64,000 bases of DNA. It comes from the human T2T-CHM13v2.0 reference genome, Homo sapiens. Position 1 is the stretch's first letter; every line of letters starts with the position of its first letter. The notes under the pieces are model-generated. The model worked only from the letters and a program-made list of their open reading frames with translations. It searched no databases and was not told where the DNA came from. Both the position numbers and the translations under genes were made by a program. Positions 46,691 through 62,100 of this stretch are shown piece after piece. The DNA is taken from assembly GCF_009914755.1 (NCBI RefSeq), contig NC_060931.1; one strand, 5' to 3'.

Positions 46691-47843
46691 CTCTCAGTGC
46701 CTCTCTCCCTGCTCTGCTAGTTCAGCAAGTGTGGAGAATCATGCTGGTTTCTTTATCTATCTCCCCTGAGCCAAGAGCTGTGGTTCCTCATCTTTTCATC
46801 ACCAAGATCTCTTTTGTCTGTGCTGAAACATCATGCCCAGCATGAATGGAGTCAAATTCCCAGCTTTGAGTTCCCAATTAGAGCCTCGATAGCTCTGACT
46901 TTTCATTTTAAGAGCCAGGTATTTGTAAAAGGAAATACTTAAGGGAAGTGGTCAGACAGGATGGATTTCCAGATCTTAGCTTGAACACCAAGAACTAGGC
47001 CGAGAGAACTACAAGCACAGCAATTCAACAACAATCCAGAGAGTGGGAAATGGTGTGTGCTGATGTAAGTGACAAGTTTCCAACACATGAAGAGCAGATT
47101 CTGGGCTGGGGAGAGGAGCCTGGAGAGGAGAAGAAGGGTTTCCATACTGGCTAGGGCACCTGGGCTACCATTTGTCTATGAGGTATCTTTGTGTGAATTA
47201 GAAAAAAAAAAAAAGCACTCCTTCCTCAAGATACGTGACTTCTATTTTCCAGAAAATCATCAGAATAAATGTACAAATCATCAACGGTGTCTATGATGTG
47301 AATAGGGTTCCCTCAGGTGTGCCGCTGTCCTGTGGTGGATAATAATTTCATGAAGGCCCTAGGGGCACACACTGTTCCTTGCCTGCTCCGTCTCAGCTGT
47401 AGAGGGGAGGGAGTTGAAAATTTTTAGTAGATTGGGGATTTGAGACCAGAGGGGAACTGTGCCCTGCTTGCCATCAGAGATCTCGGGAAGGAGGCAGCCT
47501 CTGTGCACTCCTCACCAGCATGCAGCTGCAGTAGCATGGACCCTGGCAGCTGGCCCTGTAAGCAGAGCTAAGTCAGAGATGAACATCCCTCTCCCACCTC
47601 GATTCTTGAGGCCTCCAAGAAATCCAGAGAGGCATTGAAGGCAGCTGATGATTGAAAGCCAGCAAAGCTACTAAGGAGTGAATGGTTCCAGGTGAGCAGA
47701 CTGATAGCTGAGGCTGTGGATGGACCAGTACAGCCTGGGAGGATGTTGCTGACCCCCAGAACAGCAAGTGCCAACCAGAGCTATGGTTAGGACCAAATCT
47801 GGAGAGGAAAATGCTGAGCTTCTGAGGAACACTCGCCATGTGT

Positions 47844-47956
47844 GGTCTGTGCCTAAGAGAACAGATGCCACAAGGAAGCAAGACAGCCCTGGTGTCCAGG
47901 GAGGGAATCTGGGCTGTCTTGCTCCCCTGTGGTATCTGTTCTCTTAGGCACAGACC
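47844..47956. repeat. Inverted repeat, 46-bp arms (3 mismatches), 21-bp spacer
   Basis: 47844-47889 is the reverse complement of 47911-47956. Confidence 0.97.
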
Positions 47957-47961
47957 TAAGA

Positions 47962-48239
47962 GATCTAAGTCCCTGGGGGTGATGGGTAAGACCCCCTCAC
48001 TATCAAACAGAGTCCTCCTTCCTCTTCTCCTCCCCTGCTCCCTGGCTGTGATCTGAGTCCCTAGGGGTGGTGGGTAAGACCCCATCCTTGTCAAGCAGAG
48101 TCCTCCTCCCTCTTCTCCTCCCCTGCTCCCTGGCTGTGATCTAAGTCCCTAGGGGTGATGGGTAAGACCTCCCAGGGACTTAGATCACAGCCAGGGAGCA
48201 GGCGAGGAGAGGAGGAAGGAGGACCCTGTTTGACAGTGA
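47962..48239. repeat. 88-bp tandem repeat (about 2.4 copies) followed by an inverted copy of about 69 bp
   Basis: Units start at 47962, 48050 and 48138. 48171-48239 is the reverse complement of 47997-48065 (and of 48085-48153). Confidence 0.95.
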
Positions 48240-49079
48240 TTGCACTACTTTGAATTGGCAAGAATATATTTTTTTTCTAATTACTTTGTTCTAGATTAAA
48301 GAAAATTATTTTGGGTTGACTACTTGAATTCTGTGACTATGTGAACATCATGCCTGCCACAAACAAAACACTCATTCGGTATTTATCAGGTATCTTCTTC
48401 TCTTCACTTTTCACCTCTCTTGCTGCTGCAGGCTCAGAATTCGAATTTCACAGTTAGCCCCAAGAGGAACAGTTAACTTTGTAAAACTTCAGACATTTGC
48501 GTTTTAACTGTGGGCTTCTCCCATTTATTTTATCCTGTTTGTTCTCATAGAATAACTAATGGTAAAAATTTTTAGATACAACATGGTTATTTAGGAAATT
48601 GGAATAAAAGGGATTAGTAATCAAGTTACGTTCCTGATCTATAGTGGACAACAGAGAATCTTTTCCCAGCCACATGCCCAATGTGGCAGTGAGGAAGAGT
48701 CAGGCATGCAAGGGAGGGCACCTTTATCACAACAGTTCTGGGGCTCAGAACCCTGGAGACCTTAATGGTGGAAGGATGAACTTCTCCATTGAATATACTT
48801 TTCCAAAGGTAATGGTGATCTGGATAAAGTATGGAATTTATAGTGTGTACTGTTTAACTTAAGGAATAAAAGATGAAACGTTTTCTTTCACAGGCAACAT
48901 TTAATATCAACAACTATATTTAATTTTAACAACTGCAAATTTTAGATTCTTTCTGAAAATGAGTTTAACTCCTTGTTCTACCCAAGCAGTGGCTTTGACA
49001 CAATTCGGCACCTTTCATGTCACCTTTATTCTTTCATATAATCTAACGCTGACATCATGCTCTGTGGGATTGTGCATGA

Positions 49080-49225
49080 TAATAATTGTTAACATTTATT
49101 GAAGATATAATTATGTCAGGAGATAGTAATAACTATATAAATTAGCTCATTTAATTCTTGCAACCCTATGCGAAAATTACTATTCTCATTGCACAGATGG
49201 AGCAACTGAGGAATATAACTTACAC
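49080..49225 (-). mobile_element. MIR fragment
   Basis: AACATTTATTGA..CTCATTTAATTCTTGCAACCCTATG..CATTGCACAGATGGAGCAACTGAGG. Confidence 0.7.
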
Positions 49226-50689
49226 CCGTTCAGTCTCCTCAGAAAAGATGCTGCAACCATTCTGTATCCACTGGTGCATAGAACTAAGGATTTGCAGCCT
49301 GGAGGCAGCTGCTAGGCTCTTGGGTGCCATCTTCACCTTCCCCTCCTCCCCATGCTTTCTTTCTACCCAACTGGATCTCCTGTGCTCAGAGAGCCTCAGG
49401 GTCTGAGTATCTCCCAAGTTGAAACACAAGCTCTCTCCCAGCCAAGGAACTTCTGTGCCAGCCTGAGAAGACCTAGGTAGGGGGCCAGGAGCTGGCTTGC
49501 TTTAAACTGGCCTTTCCTTGCCATTAGTGGTGAGACCTGAGATTTTAAAATGAGCTTAAAAGAAAGAGCGGTCTTTCTGCCTGCCTTAGTACACACTTCA
49601 CAGATGCTTCTTGTAGAAGCAAAGGAATCCTCTACTGTAAGGTTTTACATTAGGATTTGGAGTCACAGTGCTAACAAGTGTACATTTGCAGGTTCTGTCC
49701 TCTGCGCCCATGTTTCCCACAAGACCCTCAAAGGGATGGCAAGATGCTTCAAGACAAATGTTATATATAGATATATCAGGGACTGCTGATCAAATACTCT
49801 TGTCTTGTGTGTAAGCATGATTCTAGATTCCTAGCATTCTGAAATAATGTATTATTGTTTATGTTATAAATATAACTCAACTTTGGGGTTAAAAGTTGTA
49901 CTCTCTGGCTTCTAAAAGTTCTAATTAAATGCTTTGAATTAGTAGAGGATATTAGATTGCTAAAAGCATCCTATGTCTTATGCTAAAATTATTTTTTAAA
50001 TATTGCATTTATCTAATGGAGTTAATGTTCTGAGTTGTTGTGACTTTTGTTTTTGTTTTTGTTTTTAAGAGTGAAAAGAAAAAGGCAGAGATCCTGAGAG
50101 CTGAAGCTGATGGGTATTTGCCTGTATGTCCATGGATTGATTCCAATGGGATTAGATGTTCACCATCAACAGCCCGAGGTGATGGTTTAGTTCTTAGTAA
50201 GGAACTAACGACATCTCTGATGGTTCCATTGATCTTCTGCTCACACCATCCTCAGACTATTCTTTACTTCTTAATAACAGTTATTTTCTCTTTCTTAGGA
50301 AGAATTGATTTTTCAGTTTAGTCCTTATGATTTGCAGAACAAAGAATATGAAGATTGTTGCCTTTAGAAGGTGAAAGATCATGAAAAGCATGTGGAATTA
50401 AAATGGATCCTTATTTTTAATATGATATCCTTCCTGAAAAATCAATATAGTTTTTTAAAAAGCACACTCCCTAAAGTTACTGAAAATACATCTAAGCAAT
50501 TCTAAATCAGAGAGAAAATATTTAAGTTCACTTTATTTAAATGGAAAAAGAATAACAATAAAGGTCTCTCCAAGAGAGAGAAAGAAACATGAAGCCCTTG
50601 GAGGACTTCTACAGCTAAATATATTCACAATAGGCTTTCCAGGTTATTATCATGGTAGGAGTAGCCGTAGCAGAAGCAGCAGCAATAGT

Positions 50690-50930
50690 ATTAACAGTGG
50701 TAGCAGCTAGCATTGGGAGCACACTCACTGTGTACCAGAGCCTGTGCTGAGGTTTTTACATGCTTTGTAAATAAGCACAAATACTACATTGTTAGTATTA
50801 TTCCTATTTTGCAGATAAAAACTAGATTTTTAAAAAATATGAATAACTTTGCTAAGACCAATAATTAAAAAGCAATAAAACAAGATTTTAACCCAGAACT
50901 GATCTAAACACCTGGCCTCAGATTTTTAAA
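50690..50930 (-). mobile_element. MIR
   Basis: GCTAGCATTGGGAGCAC..CACTGTGTACCAG..TATTATTCCTATTTTGCAGATAAAA..GATTTTAACCCAG. Confidence 0.6.
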
Positions 50931-51629
50931 ACTAAAACAGTCCTTACACAGTCTCTACTCCAATCTCTCATTTTCCAGATTTAGGGGCTAATGCCTAGAG
51001 TGCAAATGATTCACCCAGGGTTGTATGACTAGAGTTAGTGGAAGAGCAGGGCAAGAAAACAGTCTCCTGGCTTCTGAGTCAGTGTCCTTGACACTATAGA
51101 AGGTTAATATGACAGCCCTTATCTCTTGTGGGATAAATATTCCAATTCCTAGAATTAAAAAAAAAAAGCACCCAGCACCATCAAGCACACACATATACAT
51201 CCATGAAGAAGCGGCATTGGATAGACCAAGCCACCAGGTGAGTACCTTGTTCTTCCCTCCATGCGCCCATCTTAGGTGGTGTCTATGGATTGTGGAGGCA
51301 GGACCACCCCAGGCAGGCTGGGAGAATTCAGAAGACTTGAGGAAACACAGGTGAGATTAGGTGAGGACAGGAATTTGAGTGGCCTAAGAAACTGTCATCA
51401 ATAACAGCTGAGAAGCAGAGAGGCCAAGACAGAACATTCGAATTCTGCCTAATGTGTAGGAAGTAACTAGAAATCAAACCCCAAAAACAAATGGAAATAG
51501 AATAGAACTGTCTGGGAAGAAGGAAAACTGAGGAGGAGCAGGCCCAACTGGGAGTTGCATGCCCTGACCTCTCAACTTTAGGAAGAGGAACACACCACTA
51601 GACAAGTGCGAATATGCCATATTTCCCCA

Positions 51630-52990
<1,361 letters not shown>

Positions 52991-53064
52991 CATTCATATA
53001 ACTTTTCATCTATTTTCATCTCCCATAATTTAGAGAGGGAAAACTGATTCCTTCTATATTTAAC

Positions 53065-53285
53065 AATCATTACAACACTCATTGGACACTTATAATGTGC
53101 CAGATACTGTGCTAAGCACACACCTCCATTATATGGGAGCTACTTTATTATTATCCTTTCACAGAGGAAGCTACTGAGACTTAAATAATAACTTCAGGAA
53201 AGCCACTTGTGAAGTCAGTGGTACCACCTGTCCCTGCCTGACTCCTCCAAAGCCCGTAGTCTTAGTCTCTCTGCTATACCCCATT
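53065..53285 (-). mobile_element. MIR
   Basis: CACTTATAATGTGCCAGATACTGTGCTAAGCAC..ACAGAGGAAGCTACTGAGAC..TGACTCCTCCAAAGCCC. Confidence 0.7.
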
Positions 53286-53465
53286 CTAAAGCTGGTGCTA
53301 AGACAGAAAATAATTCACATCTAGAGCTACTGCCTCTCCTTTCTTCTACATAACTAAAGTCTCTTCCAATGTGACACACATGTCCTCTTTGGTTAGTATG
53401 TGGAATAATGGGAGCACATTCCAAGCATGATAGGAATCCATACAGCCAGCGATAACCCACCTGAG

Positions 53466-53534
53466 TTGAGGGAAAAAAATTAAACTATGAGTTTAGTCAA
53501 AGTGGCAATGCTAATAAAACCTAGGTGTTCTTTG
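53466..53534 (+). repeat. Inverted duplicate (about 68 bp) of 53872-53939
   Basis: TTGAGGGAAAAAAATTAAACTATGAGTTTAGTCAAAGTGGCAATGCTAATAAAACCTAGGTGTTCTTTG versus the reverse complement of 53872-53939, about 90% identical. Confidence 0.93.
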
Positions 53535-53673
53535 CACACTTCCTGAGTGGCCATGTAAAAAGCATCCAATTGCAGGGTGCACTGTGCCATTCATTCTGCC
53601 AGCAAGTTAATAACCTCTTACTGAGCTCCCCCAGGATGACGGTGCTGTGCTAGATATAGGATTCCAGAACAAG

Positions 53674-54400
53674 TCATGGAATCTAAGGTGCCACTCATTT
53701 ATGTACTACTAAGAAGTAAATAACACTGCTTTCTTGTCTTTTGGAATTTTTATTTTATACTTACTAAAACAGTTGCTTTTATACTTAGAGACAGGCTTAC
53801 AGTAATCTGTGCTAACCTGATCTTGACCCTGTCTAGCACCTTTGCATTGACATTATAATTTCAAGACACATCAAAGAACACCTAGGTTTTACAAGCATTG
53901 CCACCTTGACTAAACTCATGGTTTAATTTTCTTCCTCAATGAAATCACATGTCACTTGAAGTTAAGGAGTGTCTAGTCAAAGGTAAGCAGGAAGTCTGCA
54001 ATAAATTCATGTTTGATGCCTTAACGATAGAGTTATACCAGGCATGGACTGATCCCACCTGCTTCTCTCTTTGCTTTAAAATTCTATTACCTATTCTGAG
54101 AGATGTGGCAAGTTTTTCTGTTTTCAGAGGTTTTAGTTGGGCTGCAACAGGCTGTCCTTTTGCCTATATCTCAGGAATGAAACATACCACACCTTCCTTT
54201 GCTTGTAGAGACTTCCTTTCTTAGGTACCTTAAAACACTTAGTTTTGAAATGAAGTACGGAATTGAAGTTGTTCTTCCAACAATGAATATCCGATTCACC
54301 AGTATCAAATGTATGTCCTATTGCTCTGTCTCTGTGCCTTTCCTTGTACATAGTAACTTTTCAATGCTGAACCACAGTGTATCATTTCTGAAGACTTTTT
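53674..54400 (-). mobile_element. Kanga1-like (TcMar-Tc2, POGK-related) DNA transposon with decayed transposase N-terminus, internally deleted
   Basis: Minus ORF 54133-54351 YKERHRDRAIGHTFDTGESDIHCWKN resembles the Brinker-type DNA-binding domain of Tc2/POGK transposases. MER104/Kanga-like end TCATGGAATCTAAGGTGCCA..TTTATGTACTACTAAGAA. Confidence 0.75.
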
Positions 54401-55166
54401 TCTCAGTCAGTGAATTTGTTGTCTTTTCCAAAAAAAAAATCTTCATGGAGACTTGGGATTGTATTGGCCAGTTTAGGCCTGTACCTGAACTCTGAGGAAA
54501 CTGGCTACCTTCTGAACAACCTGACTTTCTTCCAGACAAGGCAGAATTTAGGACAATCTACCTCCTTTTTAAGCTTTAAGTATCTTGTTAGAGACTGGAT
54601 TCTCTCTTGTAGTAGCACTGAGACAAGAGAATCACCACTGTCACCAATGTCAGGAATCTTAAATGTAAAAATAAAAAACGACCCATCTAAAAATGGAAAA
54701 CTATGGTAAGGTACAGCCCTGATTTCAGAAGTATTAATACCAGGGCTTATCTCCTCTGAGTACTCTGAAAGGATTCAGCTGTCATTTCAGGAATCATTTT
54801 TACACATAAGTGAAAATTATCTTTAAAATTTTCTCTTTCTGTTATACAACTAAAATGAGAATACATTTAATACAGGTAGAGCTTAAAGATGAATACCAAT
54901 GTGCATTGCTAGAAAAAAACAGCAGGCCATCATTAGGGTTATTCTTCTAACAAGAAAGAGGACTTTTTTTAACTTAAAGGACTACGTAAAATGTGGTTTC
55001 CAGTGGTAGCCAGAAAAGTACTGATGACTTGCATTTCCACAATACAAAAATGTGAAACTCAAATCTATGGGTAGACATTTAAATACATCATAAATTACTT
55101 CAAGTTTCTAAGTAATTAAGGGGGAAAAAGCCTTACCTAAAACAAATTTAAAAATTAGTGTTGAAA

Positions 55167-55921
55167 TCACTGATCATTAGAGAAATGCAAATCAAAACCA
55201 CAATGAGATACCATCTCACACTAGTCAGAATGGCTATTATTAAAAATTCAAAAAAATAGCAGATGCTGGCAAGGTTGAGGAGAAAAAGGAACACTTACAT
55301 ATTGTTGGTGGGAGTGCATATGAGTTCAACCATTGTGGAAGACAGTGGGGCAATTCCTCAAGGACCTAAAGACAGAAATACCATTCGACCAGCAATCCAA
55401 TTACTGGGTATATACCCAAAGGAATATAAATTGTTATATTATAAAGACACATGCATGTGTATGTTCATTGCAGCACTACAACAGCAAAGACATGGAGTCA
55501 ACCTAAATGCCCATCAATAATGGACTGGATAAAGAAAATGTGGTATATATACACCATGGAATACTATGCAGCCTTAAAAAAGAACAAGATCATGTCCTTT
55601 GCAAGGGAATGGATGGAACTTGAGGCCACTATTTTTAGCAAACTAACTGAGGAACAGAAAACCAAATACTGCATGTTCTCACTTATAAGTGGGAGCTAAA
55701 TGATGAAAACACAGACACATAGAAGGGAAAATCACACAGTGGGGCCTATCAGAGGGTGGAGGGTGGGAAGAAGGAGAGGATCAGGAAAAATACCTAATGG
55801 GTACTAGGCTTAGTACCTGGGTGATGAAATAAGCTGTACAATAAACTCCCGTGATACAAGTTTACCTATGTAACAAACCTGCACATGTACCCTTGAACTT
55901 AAAATAAAAGCTTTTTAAAAA
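55167..55921 (+). mobile_element. 5'-truncated L1PA (about L1PA11-13)
   Basis: ORF2 tail and 3'UTR. TSD AA(A/G)ATTAGTGTTGAAA at 55151-55166 and 55922-55937. Confidence 0.92.
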
Positions 55922-57264
55922 AAGATTAGTGTTGAAAACAAAGTATAAACAGTACCTTAACTCCTAGATTCTAGGTTTCCTTTTCCTTTTCCCAGCTGTG
56001 AAGGCTAAAGCCTTCTTTCAGGCTTTGACCATATACATAAAATAGTTAAACTTTCTATACCTCAGTGTGTTTTAGGAGTGTTTCACTTGTATTAACTTAT
56101 GTTTTCCAGGAGCACTGAGTTAAATGAGTTCCATGTATTCCACTTTATTCAAAACCTAGAAGTCAGCATCAAAAGATAGAATAGTGTCTGTGACCAAAAA
56201 CGATTAGATGTCAGATCCACGTTCCAAAGCCCTGCTTATCCCATCAAGTCACACTCTCTTTCAATTTGTACTTCAATTCTCTGTATTCATTTCTATTAAC
56301 TCATTCAATCAAAATGATCTGAGTTCTTTGGATGGGGACTCCAGAACGATGACAGCTCAAAAGCAAATCATTTCTTTTTTGTTCCTTTGTCATCTTTTTC
56401 AACTTACATGAGAATGCAGAGGTCTAAAAGAAAAAATAAATAAATAAAGCGTAACTTTTTTAAAAATATGATTATCCTAAAGCATTTGCTTCAGCCAGAA
56501 AATCAGTCCTTTCAAAATGGATTTTCTCAAGTAACATATCTCTAGTTCCTCATTTGGTTCCTTTGATTTTCTGTATATGACATGGTGCTGATGTGGGCAA
56601 CTACTAGAAACGGTTATATGCAAGAGGATGATCGTTCTATTATGTGGAGATATTTCCTGGGCAATTAACCTAGAGAAATAACTTCTGACATTCTATTGAA
56701 TTTAATATGCTATTTTACATTTTAATGAGTCAGCAAATAACTACATTATGAAGTATGAATAGGAACATTTCTGAGATCTGTGAACTTTAAGTCTTGCCCT
56801 CATTGTTCTTTCTTTCTGAACCTCAGCCTACCCTTATGAAATACAGAACTTCTACTGACTTTAAAGAAATGGAATCTCCACTATAATAGCTGAAGTGCTT
56901 TCAGGAGATTAGCATTAGGCCATTGTATTTGATGTATTATGCACAATGATAAAGCATCATATATTATGGAGTAGTGAGAGTCAGTTGAGTAAAGCAATAG
57001 CAAACTCTATTTTCCTTTAAGTGTTGCTTTATCCTAAAAAAACTTGGGTTTGCATATATTATTTTCAGATTTCTGCTAACAAAAACCTACGAAGAGGGAT
57101 AAATGACATTATTTGAATGAAATCTAATTTCTACAAAGCACTTTACAATATTTGGATTTTAAAAGTGTCAGAGAAAATAATTAAAACCATCAAAGAAGTG
57201 GAATTGCTAACTGCATATCCCTTTTACTTAGAAACAATTAATGATGTTAAAGAATGACATAGAA

Positions 57265-59260
<1,996 letters not shown>

Positions 59261-59640
59261 AAAAAAGACATAGAAGTAAAACTGCAGATTTAAGTCTTGT
59301 AATTTTGGAAAGCTTTTTCATTCAGTTCAACATTGGTAAACTGCTCATTAAGGACTGGCAGTTAAGCTTGAGGCTTTATTTCTTTTTCCACAAAGAGCTA
59401 TGAAGCTGCTTAAGAGAGAGTTATGCCAAGGTTCTAAGCACCATGCAGTTTAAAAATGAAACTGAAATCTGACCTATGACAAGTCAAAGTAGAGGGACTT
59501 TAAAGGACCACTCAGATTAGTTATTACGCGTTCCTTCAAATTTGAGGCTATAGTGAACTTTGGTCATAGTCTTGCTTCTATTAGTTTCCCACTACTGCTA
59601 TAACAAATTACCACAATTTTAGTGGGTTTATTATCTATAT

Positions 59641-59681
59641 TTTTTTGAGAGCAGGTCTTGCTCTGTCACCCAGGCTGGAGT
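59641..59681 (-). mobile_element. Tiny Alu 3'-end fragment
   Basis: TTTTTTGAGAGCAGGTCTTGCTCTGTCACCCAGGCTGGAGT. Confidence 0.75.
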
Positions 59682-59714
59682 CACATTTTTGTCACCTTAG
59701 AGTTCTGGAGGTCA

Positions 59715-59984
<270 letters not shown>

Positions 59985-60493
59985 TCAGAAGTCTCCGTTC
60001 ATCCATAGATAAGATCAAGGCATCAGCAGGGCTGTGTTCCTTCTGGGAGCTCTAGAGGAGAATCACCTCCCTTCTCTTGCCCAGCTTCCGAGGCTGCTGG
60101 CATTCCTTGGTTTCTCCCTCCAGCCTCTGCCTCTGCTATCCACATCTTCTTCTCTGATTCTCCTGGATCCCCTTTTACTTAGAGGAACCTTTATAAGTAC
60201 ATTTGGGACCACCTGGATAATCTGAGATCTTCTCCCTGTTTTAAGATCCTTAATCACGTCCCTATCGCAGAGTCTTTTTTGTGATGTAAAGCAACAGGTG
60301 TTCATTGGTTCTGGGGATTAGACATGGACATCTTTGCAGGGAACAATTGTTCTGTCCAACCACTCCTGAGGAGCACCCACTGGCTAGCAGCTGGGCAGTG
60401 AGCCATGGGAGGATGTCTCATTGGGCAACCTGTGCTCCAGGGCCACATCAGGGCAAAAGATGCCTTAGTGTTTTCCATGGATCAGAAGTGGAC

Positions 60494-60496
<3 letters not shown>

Positions 60497-60560
<64 letters not shown>
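60497..60560. repeat. (GA)32 microsatellite
   Basis: Perfect dinucleotide run. Confidence 0.98.
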
Positions 60561-60562
<2 letters not shown>

Positions 60563-60753
60563 CCGTCACTGTGAGAGCAGGCAAGCCTCAGAGGAGAAAA
60601 GCCAAATATCACCATCTCCCAGGCATTAGGAAACAAGGGAAGGAGCAATGAGTTAGATCTGTGCTCTTCATGTAGGGCACGAGGATCAGGGCTGGTCCAC
60701 TGACTGTTACTTGGTCTATGGTGGGAATAGTACAGAAATTGAAAGTAAGCTTT

Positions 60754-61055
60754 GCTTTGTTGTTATTGTTGAGACAGGGTCTCACTCTGTCGTCCAGGCT
60801 GTAGTGCAGTGGTGTGATCTCAGCCCACTGCAACCTCCACCTCTGGGGATCAAGTGATCCTCCTGTCTCAGCCTCCTGAGTAGCTGGGACCACAGTCACA
60901 GGCCACCACAGCTGGCTAATTTTTGTATTTTTAGTAAAGACAGTGTTTTGCCATGTTGGCCAGGCTAGTCTCAAATTTCTGAGCTCAAGTGATCTGTCAG
61001 CCTTGGCCTCCCAAAGTGCTGGACTTACAGGCATGAGCCAGTGCGCCCATCCCTC
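60754..61055 (-). mobile_element. Alu (AluJb/old S)
   Basis: Full dimer. TSD GAAAGTAAGCTTT at 60741-60753 and 61056-61068. Confidence 0.93.
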
Positions 61056-61911
61056 GAAAGTAAGCTTTTAGAAAATTTTATAGCAGCTTCACAGTAACTT
61101 TATGTCTATTCAATGTGATGATTTAAAATGTGGGCTTCTATTTTGTACGACTTTTTTTCATTTTATCTTCGCAGTAATTCATTTTTACTATGTGTTTTCA
61201 AAAGTATCAATCCATGGCAGAATGGAAATTAGAACAAAACAAAAACAAAATCCCTTGGTTCTTTACCACAGATGGTTTTTCAAGAAGTCCCAAGCTAGGA
61301 GAGAGTGTATTATTCACAAAAGGGAACTCTAGGTAATAAAGTTCCCCAAAATATCCAAGAGGATAGAATCAGCTTTAAATACCTGCCAGGCACAGAGTTC
61401 CGTGCCAACTCACTACACTATCAGTCTATGAAGAACTTTCCTGGCGCCCTTTCCCCTACTCCCGCCCCATGCACCAACCCCAGAGGCTTGGCATGCTGGG
61501 GAGGAGTTGGGGCATTGGGCATAGAAAGGGAGAAAAAGCCTGCCACTCCCGCTTCCTCCAGCGCAGCCTTCCCCATGCCAGGGGAAGGGAGAGGCTCCAC
61601 TTTAAATCAAGTTTATTATTATTATAGGAGGCTAGACATGCTAATTACTGAATTGAGAATGTACTCTGCAGTTTCAAGACTTTTTTCATTGTGTAATAGT
61701 GACCAGAAAATTCATGAGGCCTGTCCAAGTTTTCAGCCAATAACAGGTCAAGAACAAACCCCACAGAATCATTTTAAAGGAACAGTTGAAGACTGGAATG
61801 GAAGTTACTTTCTGGTTTTTTCCCACAAGTTGTGATTGTTTAACCTAATAATTACATTACTCAGATATAGGGCAAGTCTTCATGTAGAGCCACTCAAAGT
61901 ATGATTTAGGG

Positions 61912-62100
61912 CAGGGTTTTTCAACCTCAGCACTATTGCCATATTGGGCTAGACAATTCTTTGCTGTGAGGGAGCTGTCCCATGCATTACAAGGACAATG
62001 ACCTCTAGAAAATCCACTCCAAGTTTATGACAGCCAGAAGTGCCTCCAGACTGCCAAATGTCCACTGGCGGACTAAACTGCCCCTAGTCAAGAAGCACTG
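61912..62100 (-). mobile_element. MER20 hAT-Charlie MITE
   Basis: CAGGGTTTTTCAACCTCAGCACTATTG...CCAAATGTCC..AAGCACTG. 8-bp TSD ATTTAGGG (61904-61911) and ATTTAAGG (62101-62108). Confidence 0.85.

Noticed and set aside
47573-48094. 173-aa minus ORF and 72-aa plus ORF sharing the peptide LCLREQ.PQGSKTA
   Set aside because: A direct by-product of the DNA inverted repeat; no coding signature or known homology.
47962-48169. Repeat-spacer appearance suggesting a CRISPR-like array
   Set aside because: The intervening segments are themselves repeated (plain 88-bp tandem unit), the DNA is mammalian and there are no cas genes.
50040-51360. Plus-strand splice-like signals (acceptors near 50068 and 50298; donors near 51238 and 51351)
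   Set aside because: No coherent exon or ORF can be assembled; such motifs are expected by chance in 64 kb.
60305-60648. ORFs with poly-RE and poly-SL tracts
   Set aside because: Translations of the (GA)n microsatellite.
60690-60725. GGCTGGTCC resembling a Y RNA 5' end
   Set aside because: Similarity stops after 9 nt; no Y RNA body or 3' stem.
61305-61835. 176-aa ORF
   Set aside because: Non-ATG start, no recognisable domain or exon structure.
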